64,000 nucleotides of DNA from Deltaproteobacteria bacterium (lineage in GTDB: Bacteria; Myxococcota; Myxococcia; Myxococcales; SZAS-1), in the NCBI GenBank assembly GCA_018266075.1, contig JAFEBB010000038.1, positions 1 through 64,000 on the forward strand, read 5' to 3'. Positions 46,748 through 56,269 of this stretch are shown here, piece by piece (within the stretch, counting starts at the first letter, position 1; every line of letters starts with the position of its first letter). Both the position numbers and the translations under genes were made by a program. The notes below the pieces were generated by a model, which was given only the letters and a program-made list of their open reading frames with translations, was not told the origin of the DNA and ran no database searches.

Positions 46748-47842
46748 GTGAACGCGCTCCTCGTCGATCAGTACCGGGAGATCGGCGGCGGACAGGCCGT
46801 GTTTCTCCAGGTATTGGACGCGCTCGTCGAGGCCGGCGTGCACGTCGAGGCCGCGACGCCCGGCGGCGGCGGGCTCGAACGGGCCATTCGCAGCAAGTTC
46901 TTCGGCGTGCGTCACCGCGCCATCGACGAGCTGGCCCTCACCGCAGGCAAGAAGGGGCTCCGGGACGTCGCCCGGCTCGCGCGCTACACGGCGAACTTCG
47001 TCCGGCGCTTCGACGCGCGCGGCTTTGATCACATTTATGTTAACGGTCCGCGGCTCTTTCCCGCGTTCCTCGCGCTCGCCTCGGCGACGCGCGCCAGATT
47101 TACCTACCACCTGCACATCGATCACTCGCGTGCGGAGAAGGCGCTCATCGCCGCGCTGCTTCACCACCCGCGCACCCATGCCGTGCTCGTGAACTCGCCG
47201 TTCATCCGCGAGCGACTCGAGCGCGCGCTCGGCCCGCTGGCGCGCTCGCGCAAGCTGGTGCTGCTTGAGAACGCGCTCACCCGCGAGCAGTCGAAGCTGC
47301 CGTTCGAGTCGCACTTCCAGGGGCCGCTGCGCGCGGTCGTGGTGGGCCGCGTGGTGCCCGAGAAAGGCCACGCGACGGTGATCGAGCTCGCCGCGCGGCA
47401 TCCGCAGATCGAGTTTCACATCCTCGGCGACGCGGACTTCGGCGAGCGCGCGTTCATGGACTCGCTGCGCGCGCGCGCCGGCTCGAACGTCACGTTCCAC
47501 GGCCGCGTCCCCGATGTGCACGCCGCGATTCGAGAGCTCGGCGCACAGCTCAACCTGGTTCCATCGGCGTGGGACGAGCCGTTTGGACTGGTCGCGATCG
47601 AGGGCATGGCCATGTCGTGCCTCACGCTCACCAGCGGCCGAGGCGGTCTCGCTGACATCTCGCGGCGCACCGGCGCGCGCGTGTGCGATTCGCTCGAGGC
47701 GTGGAGTCGCACGCTGAGTGAAATCGAGCGCACGCCGCGCGAACAGCTCGAGGCCCAGGCGCGCGCCCAGCACGACGCGGTGCTAGCTGCCTACGCGTGG
47801 CCCCGCTTCGATCGCGAGCTGCGCGCCGTCTTTGGCGCCTGA
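46748..47842 (+). CDS. glycosyltransferase family 4
   Basis: GT4 C-terminal EPFGLVAIEGMAMSCLTL motif (E-x7-E). About 364 aa. Confidence 0.7.
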   Translation: MNALLVDQYREIGGGQAVFLQVLDALVEAGVHVEAATPGGGGLERAIRSKFFGVRHRAIDELALTAGKKGLRDVARLARYTANFVRRFDARGFDHIYVNGPRLFPAFLALASATRARFTYHLHIDHSRAEKALIAALLHHPRTHAVLVNSPFIRERLERALGPLARSRKLVLLENALTREQSKLPFESHFQGPLRAVVVGRVVPEKGHATVIELAARHPQIEFHILGDADFGERAFMDSLRARAGSNVTFHGRVPDVHAAIRELGAQLNLVPSAWDEPFGLVAIEGMAMSCLTLTSGRGGLADISRRTGARVCDSLEAWSRTLSEIERTPREQLEAQARAQHDAVLAAYAWPRFDRELRAVFGA

Positions 47843-49222
47843 GCGCTCGCACATCGCAACGACGGACCAGCCCAGCGCGAGCAGCGTCCACACGTCGAGC
47901 CGCCAGAGCGTCTGGTTGAACTGGTAGAGCACCACGAACACCAGCGCGATGGAGAGGAAGAAGCCGCCCGCCCAGTTCGACACCGGCGCACGCGAACGCG
48001 CCGCACGCCAGAGCGCGCGCAGCGTGGCGAGCACGAGCCAGAGCACGCCGAAGAGCCCGACCAGGCCGGTCTCCGCGAGGATCTCCAGCCAGAGGTTGGT
48101 GGTCACGATTCTCGTGGCCTCGGTCTTCGGCAGGTGCAACACCTCGAGCTCCGGGTGCGCGCCAATGAAGCCCGCGTAGCCACCGAGCCCCACGCCGAGC
48201 ACCGGGCTCGCGCGGAACACCTCGACGGCCTGGCCCATCATTCCCAAGCGCGGCGAGCTCGACGACTGCTCGTGCGGATTCAGCGCGGCCGCAGCCATCA
48301 CGGGCGCGCGCGCGAGGAAGCGTCCGGGCAGGACGATGAGCCCCAGGCAGAGCACGGTGGCGATGCCCATGGAACCAATCACCAGCTCTCGGCCGCGAAG
48401 GCCTGCCGTGAGCCAGCACGAGCTCACCAGGGTGATCACGATGAGCCCCAGCCAGCCCGAGCGCGACATCGACAGCGCCGCGGGCACGAGCAAGGCCACG
48501 CCGAGGATCGCGTCGGCGCGCTTGCGACGATCCGAGAGCCAGCGGCCGATGAGCACCGCCGCCACCGACTCGAGGTACAGCGCGAAGTACGCGGGCTCGT
48601 AGTTGAAGCCGTTGATGCGCGGGAACTCGCCGAGCTTCTGGTCCGCGAGCGGCACGGTCATGTGGGCCACGCCCATGGCGAGCTGCGCCAGACCGAACGT
48701 CGCGTTCAGAATCGCGCCCGCGATCCACCAGCGCAGCACGCTCTGCAGCCCCTTGGTGTCCGGCGTGGCCTCGAGGATCACCGTGACCAGCGCGACCGCG
48801 TCGAACGCCGCCCACGCGAGGTAGCCGATGCTCTTCGCGGCGCCGCCCACCTCGAGGAAGAGCGCCATGCCGAGCAGCGCGGCAGCGAAGTAGAACGCGA
48901 GCGGCGCGAGGATCGGCCGCGCGACGCGAATCGGCTCGCGGCGCGCGACTCGGGTCGCGACCAGCCGCGAGAAGAGCACCAGCAAGCAAATGTGCGCGAG
49001 CCGGATCGTCGCCGGGCCGGCCTTCGCGGTGAGCACGCGATCGCAGGAGAGCGTGAGCAGCGTGAGCCGCAGCGCAGTCGTCGGAAACGCCGCGAGGTAC
49101 GCGAGGGCGAGCACGCCGAGCAGGATCTCCGCCCAGAGCGGCTGGGTTTCCGCAAGCGCCAGGCAGCCTGCGAACGCCACCAGCACCGCCAGCGCCAGCA
49201 CCTCGGCGCGCGCGGCGCTCAT
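47783..49222 (-). CDS. Wzy-like O-antigen polymerase/ligase family membrane protein
   Basis: More than 10 TM helices with a large periplasmic-loop pattern. Located after the Wzz-like gene (ATGA overlap at 49219–49222). Confidence 0.6.
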   Translation of the reverse strand: MSAARAEVLALAVLVAFAGCLALAETQPLWAEILLGVLALAYLAAFPTTALRLTLLTLSCDRVLTAKAGPATIRLAHICLLVLFSRLVATRVARREPIRVARPILAPLAFYFAAALLGMALFLEVGGAAKSIGYLAWAAFDAVALVTVILEATPDTKGLQSVLRWWIAGAILNATFGLAQLAMGVAHMTVPLADQKLGEFPRINGFNYEPAYFALYLESVAAVLIGRWLSDRRKRADAILGVALLVPAALSMSRSGWLGLIVITLVSSCWLTAGLRGRELVIGSMGIATVLCLGLIVLPGRFLARAPVMAAAALNPHEQSSSSPRLGMMGQAVEVFRASPVLGVGLGGYAGFIGAHPELEVLHLPKTEATRIVTTNLWLEILAETGLVGLFGVLWLVLATLRALWRAARSRAPVSNWAGGFFLSIALVFVVLYQFNQTLWRLDVWTLLALGWSVVAMCERSGAKDGAQLAIEAGPRVGS

Positions 49223-49935
49223 GCGCGCGGCCGCAGCGCCATCGAGAGCGCACCAAGCATGCCCAGGAACGCGCCCAGCGCCGCCGCGAGCAGCTTGCGG
49301 ATGGGCGTCTCCTGCGCGAACGGCTCGTCGAGCACCTGCGAGTCACCGGCGGCGACGAGGATGCGACCCGCGAGCCGCAGCGTCGCGGCATCGGCGGCCA
49401 CGTGCTCGAGCTCCAGCGTCTGGGCGCGCTGCTCGGGCGAGGCCGTGTCCGGCTTGGCCGCGGCGGCGCTCGCAAGCACCAAGCGTTGGGTCTGGTCCTG
49501 CATGGTGTGCACGTAGGCGTCGTGCGTGGTCTTCACCATGTCAGCGGTGAGCCGCTTACACGTCTCGCCGGCGATGGTCGCGTCGGGGCCGGTGACGGTG
49601 AGGATGAAGACGGGGTTGTCGGGCGAGGCGTCGTTGTCGGCGAGGACCTTGTAGTGGTTGGCCTCGCGCACGGGATCCGCGACGCCGAGGTCCTTGAGGA
49701 TCTCGCGGAGCTGGCTGCGGCTCTCAGCGCGGGCCTTCACTTCCGTGTTCGGCAGCGCCGGGCCATACAAGCCGACGGTGGCGATGCGCACGACCGAGCG
49801 TCCCTCGAAGGTGCGCAGGAAGACCTGGCCGACGCCGAAACCGACGCCAGCGCCGAGCAGCGCGCCGACCGCCACCATGGCCAGCTTGCGCGGCGAGAGC
49901 GCCGACAGGAAATCCACCTCCGCCACGTCCGTCAT
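49219..49935 (-). CDS. Wzz-like polysaccharide chain-length determinant (short PCP-type, 2 TM)
   Basis: One TM at each end (MVAVGALLGAGVGFGV…; …LLAAALGAFLGMLGALSMAL) flanking a hydrophilic region. The topology is typical of Wzz-family proteins. Confidence 0.45.
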   Translation of the reverse strand: MTDVAEVDFLSALSPRKLAMVAVGALLGAGVGFGVGQVFLRTFEGRSVVRIATVGLYGPALPNTEVKARAESRSQLREILKDLGVADPVREANHYKVLADNDASPDNPVFILTVTGPDATIAGETCKRLTADMVKTTHDAYVHTMQDQTQRLVLASAAAAKPDTASPEQRAQTLELEHVAADAATLRLAGRILVAAGDSQVLDEPFAQETPIRKLLAAALGAFLGMLGALSMALRPRA

Positions 49936-50002
49936 GGTGCGAGATCCTCGAAGAGGCCCGGCTTATACCACCCGGGCCGATTTCTGGTATGTGGCGGCGC
50001 CC

Positions 50003-50752
50003 ATGGATCACCGGACGATCATCGAGAAGGCCTCGCGGCTGCTGGAGATCCTCGCGCTGCCGCAGGGGCTTCCGCTCAAGCTGCGCGACCCTTCCTTCGA
50101 CACCGGGCCGCTGCGCGTGTGCACCCGGCTTCGCGACGCGGGCATCGCGCCGGCGAGCGTGTTCGACGTGGGCGCCAACCGGGGGCAGTTCGCGCTCGCG
50201 GCGCGCACGGTTTTTCCGAACGCGCAGATCCACAGCTACGAACCCATCCCGGCGACGTTCGCGGAGCTGAGCGAGCTCGCCCAGCGACGCGGCGGCATCG
50301 CAGCGCACAACCTGGCGCTCGGTACGCAGGCCGGTACGCAGAAGTTCACCGTGACGAGCAACAGCGTCTCGAGCTCGTTCCTCCCGCTGCACGAGAACCA
50401 CCTGCGCGCGTATCCCGAGATCCAGAAGAGCGCGGAGATCGACGTGCAGGTGAGCACGCTCGCCCTCCAGCTCGCGGAGCTCGAGCCGCCGCAGCCGGTG
50501 CTGCTCAAGCTCGACGTGCAGGGCTTCGAGGCGGAAGTGCTCGAGGGCGCGGGCGAGTCGCTGAAGCAGGTGAAGTGGATCGTTCTGGAGACGTCGACGC
50601 GGCCGCTGTACCAGGGCCAGGTGCTCTTCGACGAGCTCTGCGCGCGGCTGGGCAAGCGCGGCTTCCGCTTCGCGTACCCGATGGATCTGCACTTCGGCCA
50701 CGGCGGCGGCGTGTCGCAGTTCGACGCCCTCTTCGAGCGAAGCGCCGACTGA
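50003..50752 (+). CDS. FkbM family methyltransferase
   Basis: FkbM signature (VFDVGANRGQF…YEP) and a C-terminal KLDVQGFEAEVL motif. The start is taken at MDHRT. Confidence 0.75.
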   Translation: MDHRTIIEKASRLLEILALPQGLPLKLRDPSFDTGPLRVCTRLRDAGIAPASVFDVGANRGQFALAARTVFPNAQIHSYEPIPATFAELSELAQRRGGIAAHNLALGTQAGTQKFTVTSNSVSSSFLPLHENHLRAYPEIQKSAEIDVQVSTLALQLAELEPPQPVLLKLDVQGFEAEVLEGAGESLKQVKWIVLETSTRPLYQGQVLFDELCARLGKRGFRFAYPMDLHFGHGGGVSQFDALFERSAD

Positions 50753-51546
50753 TGCCGCGCTTCAGCATCATCACCGTGTGCTGGAACGCCGCGCGCACCC
50801 TGCCCCGCGCCATCGCCAGCGTGCGCGCGCAGACGAATCGCGACTTCGAATACATCCTCGTCGACGGCGGCTCGACCGACGGCACGCTGGACCTCATCAA
50901 GCAGAGCAGCGACGTGGTCACGCGCTTCGTCTCCGAGCGCGACAAGGGCATCAGCGACGCCTTCAACAAGGGCGTGGCGATGGCTCAAGGCGAGCTCGTG
51001 GGCCTGCTCAACGCCGACGATTGGTACGAGCCGGGCGCGCTCGAGGCCGTGTCACGCGAGATCGATCGCCATCCGGCCGATGTGTATTGCGGCCTTCTCC
51101 GCTACTGGAATGGCGAGCAGCCGGGTGCACTGTTCGAGGTGCGGCCGGAGCTGCTGCGCGAGTCGATGAGCGTGAACCACATCGCCACGTTCGCGCGGCG
51201 CGAGCTGTTCACGAAGCACGGCGACTTCAAGCTCGATTACCGCGCGGCCATGGACTACGAGCTCTTGCTGCGCTTCTACCTGCGCGGCGCGCGCTTCCAT
51301 CGCGTGGGTGAAGTGCTCGCGAACATGAGCCTCGGCGGGACGTCGGACGTGAAGTGGCGGCTCGCGCTCGCCGAGCTTCGACGCGCGCAGCTCGAGAACG
51401 GCCTCGGCGCCGTGCACGCCAACGCGCACTACTTGTTCCAGCTCGGCAAGGGCGCCGCGCGGCGCGTGCTCGAGCGAAGTGGGATCGGCGCGCAGGTCGT
51501 CGATCTGTATCGGAAGCGGCTCGCGCGCGTGCGTCGAAGCGCGTAG
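50752..51546 (+). CDS. glycosyltransferase family 2
   Basis: FSIITVCWN at the N-terminus, the GT2 metal-binding motif (LNADDW), and a downstream Asp (DYEL). The ATG overlaps the upstream TGA. Confidence 0.8.
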   Translation: MPRFSIITVCWNAARTLPRAIASVRAQTNRDFEYILVDGGSTDGTLDLIKQSSDVVTRFVSERDKGISDAFNKGVAMAQGELVGLLNADDWYEPGALEAVSREIDRHPADVYCGLLRYWNGEQPGALFEVRPELLRESMSVNHIATFARRELFTKHGDFKLDYRAAMDYELLLRFYLRGARFHRVGEVLANMSLGGTSDVKWRLALAELRRAQLENGLGAVHANAHYLFQLGKGAARRVLERSGIGAQVVDLYRKRLARVRRSA

Positions 51547-51549
51547 CGG

Positions 51550-52995
51550 TCACGCCTGGATGGCCGGCTCGAGCCGCCGCTCGCGACGCGTGCGCAGCGC
51601 GACCACGAGCCGCGTGCCACCCAGCACGTAGTACACGCCGCCGTAGACGATCGCGCCGGCGATGATGTTCGCCCAGAACGGCAGATGCTCGCGCAGGGCC
51701 CACACGGCCGCGCCCATCACCGCCGAGGCGGCGAGCGGCCGCCATGACGCGCCGCCGAGCGCTGGCTTCATTCCGTGCCGGCGCACCAGCGCGAGCGACG
51801 CGATCGCGCCTCCCACGGTTCCGGTCAGCGCGGCGAGCGTGGCGCCGAGGATCCCGAGTCGCGGCACGAGCACCAGATTGCCCGCCACGTTGAGAGACAG
51901 GTTCACCACCACGATGAGCGTCTGGGAGCGCAGCTCACCCGCGCCAATCAACGCGTACATGCTCAGGAACTGGATGCCGATGAGCGGAAGCCCGAGAACC
52001 TGAAGGCACAAGAGCGGCCCGGTGCCCGAGAAGCTGCCGCCGTACACGAACGTGGCAATCGGGCCCGCCAGAAGCGCACCGCCGACCGCGACCGGGAGGC
52101 ACACGCTGAGCGCCGTCTCCAGACCGACGCTGAGCTCCTCCGCCGCACGCTGTGGTCCCTCGACGAACGCGCGCGCGAGCAGCGGCGAGAACGTGAGCGC
52201 GATCGCCGTGGGGAAGAGGATCAGCGCCTCCACCAGCTTCACCGCAGCGTTGTAGTCGCCGAGGTCCGCGCGGGGCACGCCCATCATCGTCGCCAGGATC
52301 TGGTCGAGACGAAGTGTCACCAGCCACAGCACCCCTGTCACGGCCAGCGGCCATGCGCGGGTGACCTGCGCCCACGTGCGCTGGAGCTGGGGCGAGAGGC
52401 GGACCGGCAACCCGCTGCGACGGACGAGCACGACCATGGCAACGCCCGTCGCGGCCTGCGCGCCGGTGAGCACCGCCAGGATCGCCGCGAAGCTCGCGTG
52501 CAGCGCCACCGCCAACAGGCCCACGCCGGCGAACATGAGCTTGGAGATGCTCCGGAGGCTCGCTTCGAGATCCATCCGCTCGCGAGCCGTGAGCACTGCG
52601 GAGCCCAGGTCCTCGAGACCGACCAGGAGCGCGGTCCCGCCAGCGAATACGACAGCCCAGATCGCCGAGCCTCGTAGCCCCATCAGCCAACCCGCGCCGA
52701 CCATCACCGGCCACACCAGCGCGATGGTCAGCAGCTTGAACGCGAGCGTCTCGGCGAAACGCTGCGGCAGCTCTGCGGGTGCCGTCGCGCCATCCTTGAT
52801 GAGCAGCGGGTTGAGCCCAGGCTCGACGATGACCGCGAAGATCACGCCAAACGACGCGCCCAGCCCCATGTCGCCGTAGAGGTCCGGCCCGAAGTGCCGC
52901 GCGAGGACCGCATAGAGCGCGAGCGCGAGCAGCCGCCCCACGACCTGGCCGGCGACCGAGAACAGCGTGTTGTGCAGGGGCGATCGCCCGGCCAT
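51550..52995 (-). CDS. Wzx-type polysaccharide flippase (MOP superfamily)
   Basis: 12 to 14 TM helices. The N-terminus (LFSVAGQVVGRLLALALYAVLARHFGPDLYG) is typical of polysaccharide biosynthesis flippases. Confidence 0.75.
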   Translation of the reverse strand: MAGRSPLHNTLFSVAGQVVGRLLALALYAVLARHFGPDLYGDMGLGASFGVIFAVIVEPGLNPLLIKDGATAPAELPQRFAETLAFKLLTIALVWPVMVGAGWLMGLRGSAIWAVVFAGGTALLVGLEDLGSAVLTARERMDLEASLRSISKLMFAGVGLLAVALHASFAAILAVLTGAQAATGVAMVVLVRRSGLPVRLSPQLQRTWAQVTRAWPLAVTGVLWLVTLRLDQILATMMGVPRADLGDYNAAVKLVEALILFPTAIALTFSPLLARAFVEGPQRAAEELSVGLETALSVCLPVAVGGALLAGPIATFVYGGSFSGTGPLLCLQVLGLPLIGIQFLSMYALIGAGELRSQTLIVVVNLSLNVAGNLVLVPRLGILGATLAALTGTVGGAIASLALVRRHGMKPALGGASWRPLAASAVMGAAVWALREHLPFWANIIAGAIVYGGVYYVLGGTRLVVALRTRRERRLEPAIQA

Positions 52996-53084
52996 TCAGG
53001 GCAAATAGCGCAGGACGCGGCGCGGGCCAAATGACAAGCCCAACCCTTGCCTGCCCTCTGCAAGGCCCCTATAAGCCGCGCCCC

Positions 53085-54044
53085 ATGGGCCAGCTCACCC
53101 AAGCCGCTTACCGGATGGCCACGCCGCTCGCGGTGATGATGCACCGGCTGCTTCAGCGCGCGGGGCAGCTCGACCACGCCCGCGCCCTCGTCCGCCGCGA
53201 CGCCGAGCTGGACGCCATGCCGACGGCCGATCCCTGGAACTGGCGCTCCAAGGTGGCCAAGCTCATCGATCCCCCGCGCACCCACAGCATCGCGGAGGCG
53301 CGCTTCGCCGGCCGCTCGGTCTGGGTGGATCCGAGTGAAGTCGTGGGGCGGGCGGTGCTCTACGGGCTTCCCTTCGAGGCGGCCGAGCTGCGGCTCTTCG
53401 ACAGCCTCATCCGCCCTGGCGACATCGTCTTCGACGTGGGCGCGAACTTTGGACTCTATTCAGCGCTCGCGCTTCGGCGGCTTGGCGATGGCGGCAAGCT
53501 CTTCGCGTTCGAGCCCAACCCGCGCATGCACCGGCTCCTGGAGCGCAACGCCACGTCGCGCGTGACTGGCCAGGTCGAGCGGCTCGAGCTCGGGCTTTCG
53601 AATCAAGAGGGCGAGGCGCAGTTCGTGGTCGCCGAGGACTCGGCGTACTCCAGCCTCGCGGACACCGGTCGGCTGGGTGTGAGCGAGACGATTCGGGTCT
53701 CCATCACCACGCTCGACGCGTTCGTGCGCGCCCGAGCGATTCCGCGCGTGAACGTGATGAAGATCGACGTCGAGGGCTTCGAGTACGAGGTGCTGAGCGG
53801 CGGCCGGCAACTCCTCGAGCGCGACGACGCGCCCGTCTTGATGATCGAGATTGCCGACGTGAACCTCGCGCAGCGCGGACGTTCGCGCGCGGATGTTCTC
53901 GGCCTGCTCGGCTCGCTCGGCTTCGAGGTTCACGCAATCCGAGTTGATGGCGCACTCACGGCTGCGAGGCCGGACTACGCGGGCGCGGAGGTGGACTTTC
54001 TGGCTTTCAAGAATTGGGCTACTGACCGGGTCAAGCCGAGCTGA
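53085..54044 (+). CDS. FkbM family methyltransferase (second copy)
   Basis: IVFDVGANFGLYS…FEPNP and KIDVEGFEYEVL motifs parallel to 50003..50752. Confidence 0.75.
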   Translation: MGQLTQAAYRMATPLAVMMHRLLQRAGQLDHARALVRRDAELDAMPTADPWNWRSKVAKLIDPPRTHSIAEARFAGRSVWVDPSEVVGRAVLYGLPFEAAELRLFDSLIRPGDIVFDVGANFGLYSALALRRLGDGGKLFAFEPNPRMHRLLERNATSRVTGQVERLELGLSNQEGEAQFVVAEDSAYSSLADTGRLGVSETIRVSITTLDAFVRARAIPRVNVMKIDVEGFEYEVLSGGRQLLERDDAPVLMIEIADVNLAQRGRSRADVLGLLGSLGFEVHAIRVDGALTAARPDYAGAEVDFLAFKNWATDRVKPS

Positions 54045-54046
54045 GC

Positions 54047-55546
54047 ATGTCCCAACCCGCAGTGGCGATTGAACATGCGCGCGTCGCCAGCTGGCGACGA
54101 CCGTTGGCGTATCTGCTCTCTGCAGGCGCGGCCTTCTACCTGGGCCAGGCGCTCCTTACGATGATTGGCGGCCGGGTGGAGCTAATCGTCCGGCGCCACC
54201 CCATGCCCGAGGAGCGCTTTGAGGTGGTGTGGGCCCTGGGCGCGCTGCTGATTGTCGCCGCGCTCCTCGCATGGGACTCGCCGCTTCTCCGCAAGCTGCC
54301 TGCGCTGATCATTGCCGGTGCCGTCGCGCTCTACATGGGCAATCGGGTGGTGGGCGGCTCCGGCGACACCATCCCGGCGCATCACCTGCCGCTGCACCTG
54401 CTCTGCGAGGGCACGCTCGCCTTCGACACCGAGGCGCCGGTGCACGACAACCCCGACCACCTCGAGTACTACTACGTCCGCAGCCACGGGAAGGTGTACT
54501 CGCGCTACCCGCTCGGCAGCGCGCTGCTCGTGCTGCCTGTATTCCTGCCCTCGGCGATCGGGCCCTTCAGCCACAACAACCCGGTCATCAACGACATCGC
54601 CAAGCTCGGCGCCGCGCTGCTCACCGCATTCGGTGGGCTCATGCTCTTCGTCGTGCTGCGAAGACTGACCAGCGTGCGCGCCGCTGCGGGCGCCACCTTC
54701 GTGTTCCTCGCAGGGACCGCGGCGCTGCCCATCCTCTCGCAGGCGCTCTGGCAGCACACGGGCGCGGCCTTCGGTACGGCGCTCTGCCTGCTGGGGCTCT
54801 TCGACGAACCCACACGTCGGAAGCGTCGTGGCCTGCTGGTCGGCCTTGGCGCGGGAATCCTCGTGGCCTGCCGACCGGTCGACGTGGTGATCTCCGTCGG
54901 GCTCGGGCTCGCGCTGCTGGCGTCGGATCGCAAGGCCTTTGCTGTCGCGACGGGCGTGGGCTCGGTGTTGGTAGCGCTGACGGTGCTCTACAACCGCCTG
55001 GCGCTGGGCACCTGGCTCTCGGGTGGCTACGGCCCGGAGGCGCAGGGCGGTTGGAGCTCGCCGTTCTTCGAAGGTCTCGCAGGCCTGACCGTGAGCCCCA
55101 CGCGCGGACTCTTCGTGTGCTCACCGATCTTGATCATCGCGATCAGCGCCTTCGTCTCTCCGCCGCTCGAGGGCGACCGAAAGACCATGGTCCGCATCTC
55201 CGGCGCCACGGCGCTCGCCTTCATGCTGATGATGTCGAAGTGGTGGGCCTGGTCGGGCGGGTGGTGTGCTGGGCCACGCATGCTCGCCGAGACGCTGCCC
55301 ATCTGGGCGCTGGGCACCGGGCTGGCAGCCGAGCGCTGGTTCGCGACGCCTTCGCGCCGGGCTGTGGCGGGCGTGTTGGCGGCGCTGTCCGTCGCGACCA
55401 GTCTCCTCCTGACGTATGCGCCGCTCACCGGCCGCTACTTCGACCTGGTGATTCATCCCTCCGCCTGGGACGTGAATGGGTACATCCCCCTGGCCTTCCT
55501 AGAGACGCGCTTCGACCCGCCGTCTCGCCCGCCCGGCAGCCCCTGA
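54047..55546 (+). CDS. GT-C fold membrane glycosyltransferase (GT39/ArnT/PMT-like)
   Basis: Polytopic membrane protein with about 12 TM helices. The first periplasmic loop carries an acidic motif (FDTEAPVHDNPDHLEYYY). Confidence 0.55.
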   Translation: MSQPAVAIEHARVASWRRPLAYLLSAGAAFYLGQALLTMIGGRVELIVRRHPMPEERFEVVWALGALLIVAALLAWDSPLLRKLPALIIAGAVALYMGNRVVGGSGDTIPAHHLPLHLLCEGTLAFDTEAPVHDNPDHLEYYYVRSHGKVYSRYPLGSALLVLPVFLPSAIGPFSHNNPVINDIAKLGAALLTAFGGLMLFVVLRRLTSVRAAAGATFVFLAGTAALPILSQALWQHTGAAFGTALCLLGLFDEPTRRKRRGLLVGLGAGILVACRPVDVVISVGLGLALLASDRKAFAVATGVGSVLVALTVLYNRLALGTWLSGGYGPEAQGGWSSPFFEGLAGLTVSPTRGLFVCSPILIIAISAFVSPPLEGDRKTMVRISGATALAFMLMMSKWWAWSGGWCAGPRMLAETLPIWALGTGLAAERWFATPSRRAVAGVLAALSVATSLLLTYAPLTGRYFDLVIHPSAWDVNGYIPLAFLETRFDPPSRPPGSP

Positions 55547-55624
55547 GGAAGCCGCCCGACCGACTTGCGGTTTCATGAAAGCCGCAGGTTTGCTATCTGC
55601 TGCGCTCTTCCGCAGAGGAACGCG

Positions 55625-56263
55625 ATGGTCCACCAGATTCTCGAAGCGATCGGCCTGTGGGTGCAGTCCGTGGAGGCGGCGCTGGGTTACCCCGGCGTGG
55701 CCCTGCTGATGGGCATCGAGAGCGCCTGCATCCCGCTGCCGAGCGAGGTGATCATGCCCTTCGCCGGCTCGCTCGTTGCGCTGGGCAAGATGAACATCTG
55801 GGGCGTGGCCTTCGCGGGCGCCATCGGCTGCGTGCTGGGCTCGATCCCCGCGTACTACCTGGGCGCGTACGGCGGCCGACCGGTCATCGAGAAGTACGGA
55901 AAGTACGTGCTGCTCTCCAAGCACGACCTGGACTTGGCCGACGCCCTCTTCGCCAAGCGCGGCGAGTGGGTGATCCTCGCGGCGCGCATGCTCCCGGTGA
56001 TCCGCACCTTCATCGCGTTCCCCGCGGGCGTGGTGCGCATGAACATGCCCAAGTTCATCATCTACACCTTCGTGGGCTCGCTCCCCTGGTGCCTGGGCCT
56101 GGGCTACGTGGGCCAGAAGCTCGGCGAGAACTGGGACACGCTGCGCCCCTACTTCCACAAGTTCGACGCCCTCATCGGCGCGGTGCTCGTGCTCGGCGCG
56201 GCGTGGTGGATCTGGCGGCACCTCAAGGCCGCGCGCAGCCCGGGCGCCTCGACGCCGGCGTAG
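55625..56263 (+). CDS. DedA family membrane protein
   Basis: Closely matches DedA/TVP38 motifs (GYPGVALLMGIESACIPLPSEVIMPFAG; RMLPVIRTFIAFPAG). Confidence 0.8.
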   Translation: MVHQILEAIGLWVQSVEAALGYPGVALLMGIESACIPLPSEVIMPFAGSLVALGKMNIWGVAFAGAIGCVLGSIPAYYLGAYGGRPVIEKYGKYVLLSKHDLDLADALFAKRGEWVILAARMLPVIRTFIAFPAGVVRMNMPKFIIYTFVGSLPWCLGLGYVGQKLGENWDTLRPYFHKFDALIGAVLVLGAAWWIWRHLKAARSPGASTPA

Positions 56264-56269
56264 CGCCCT

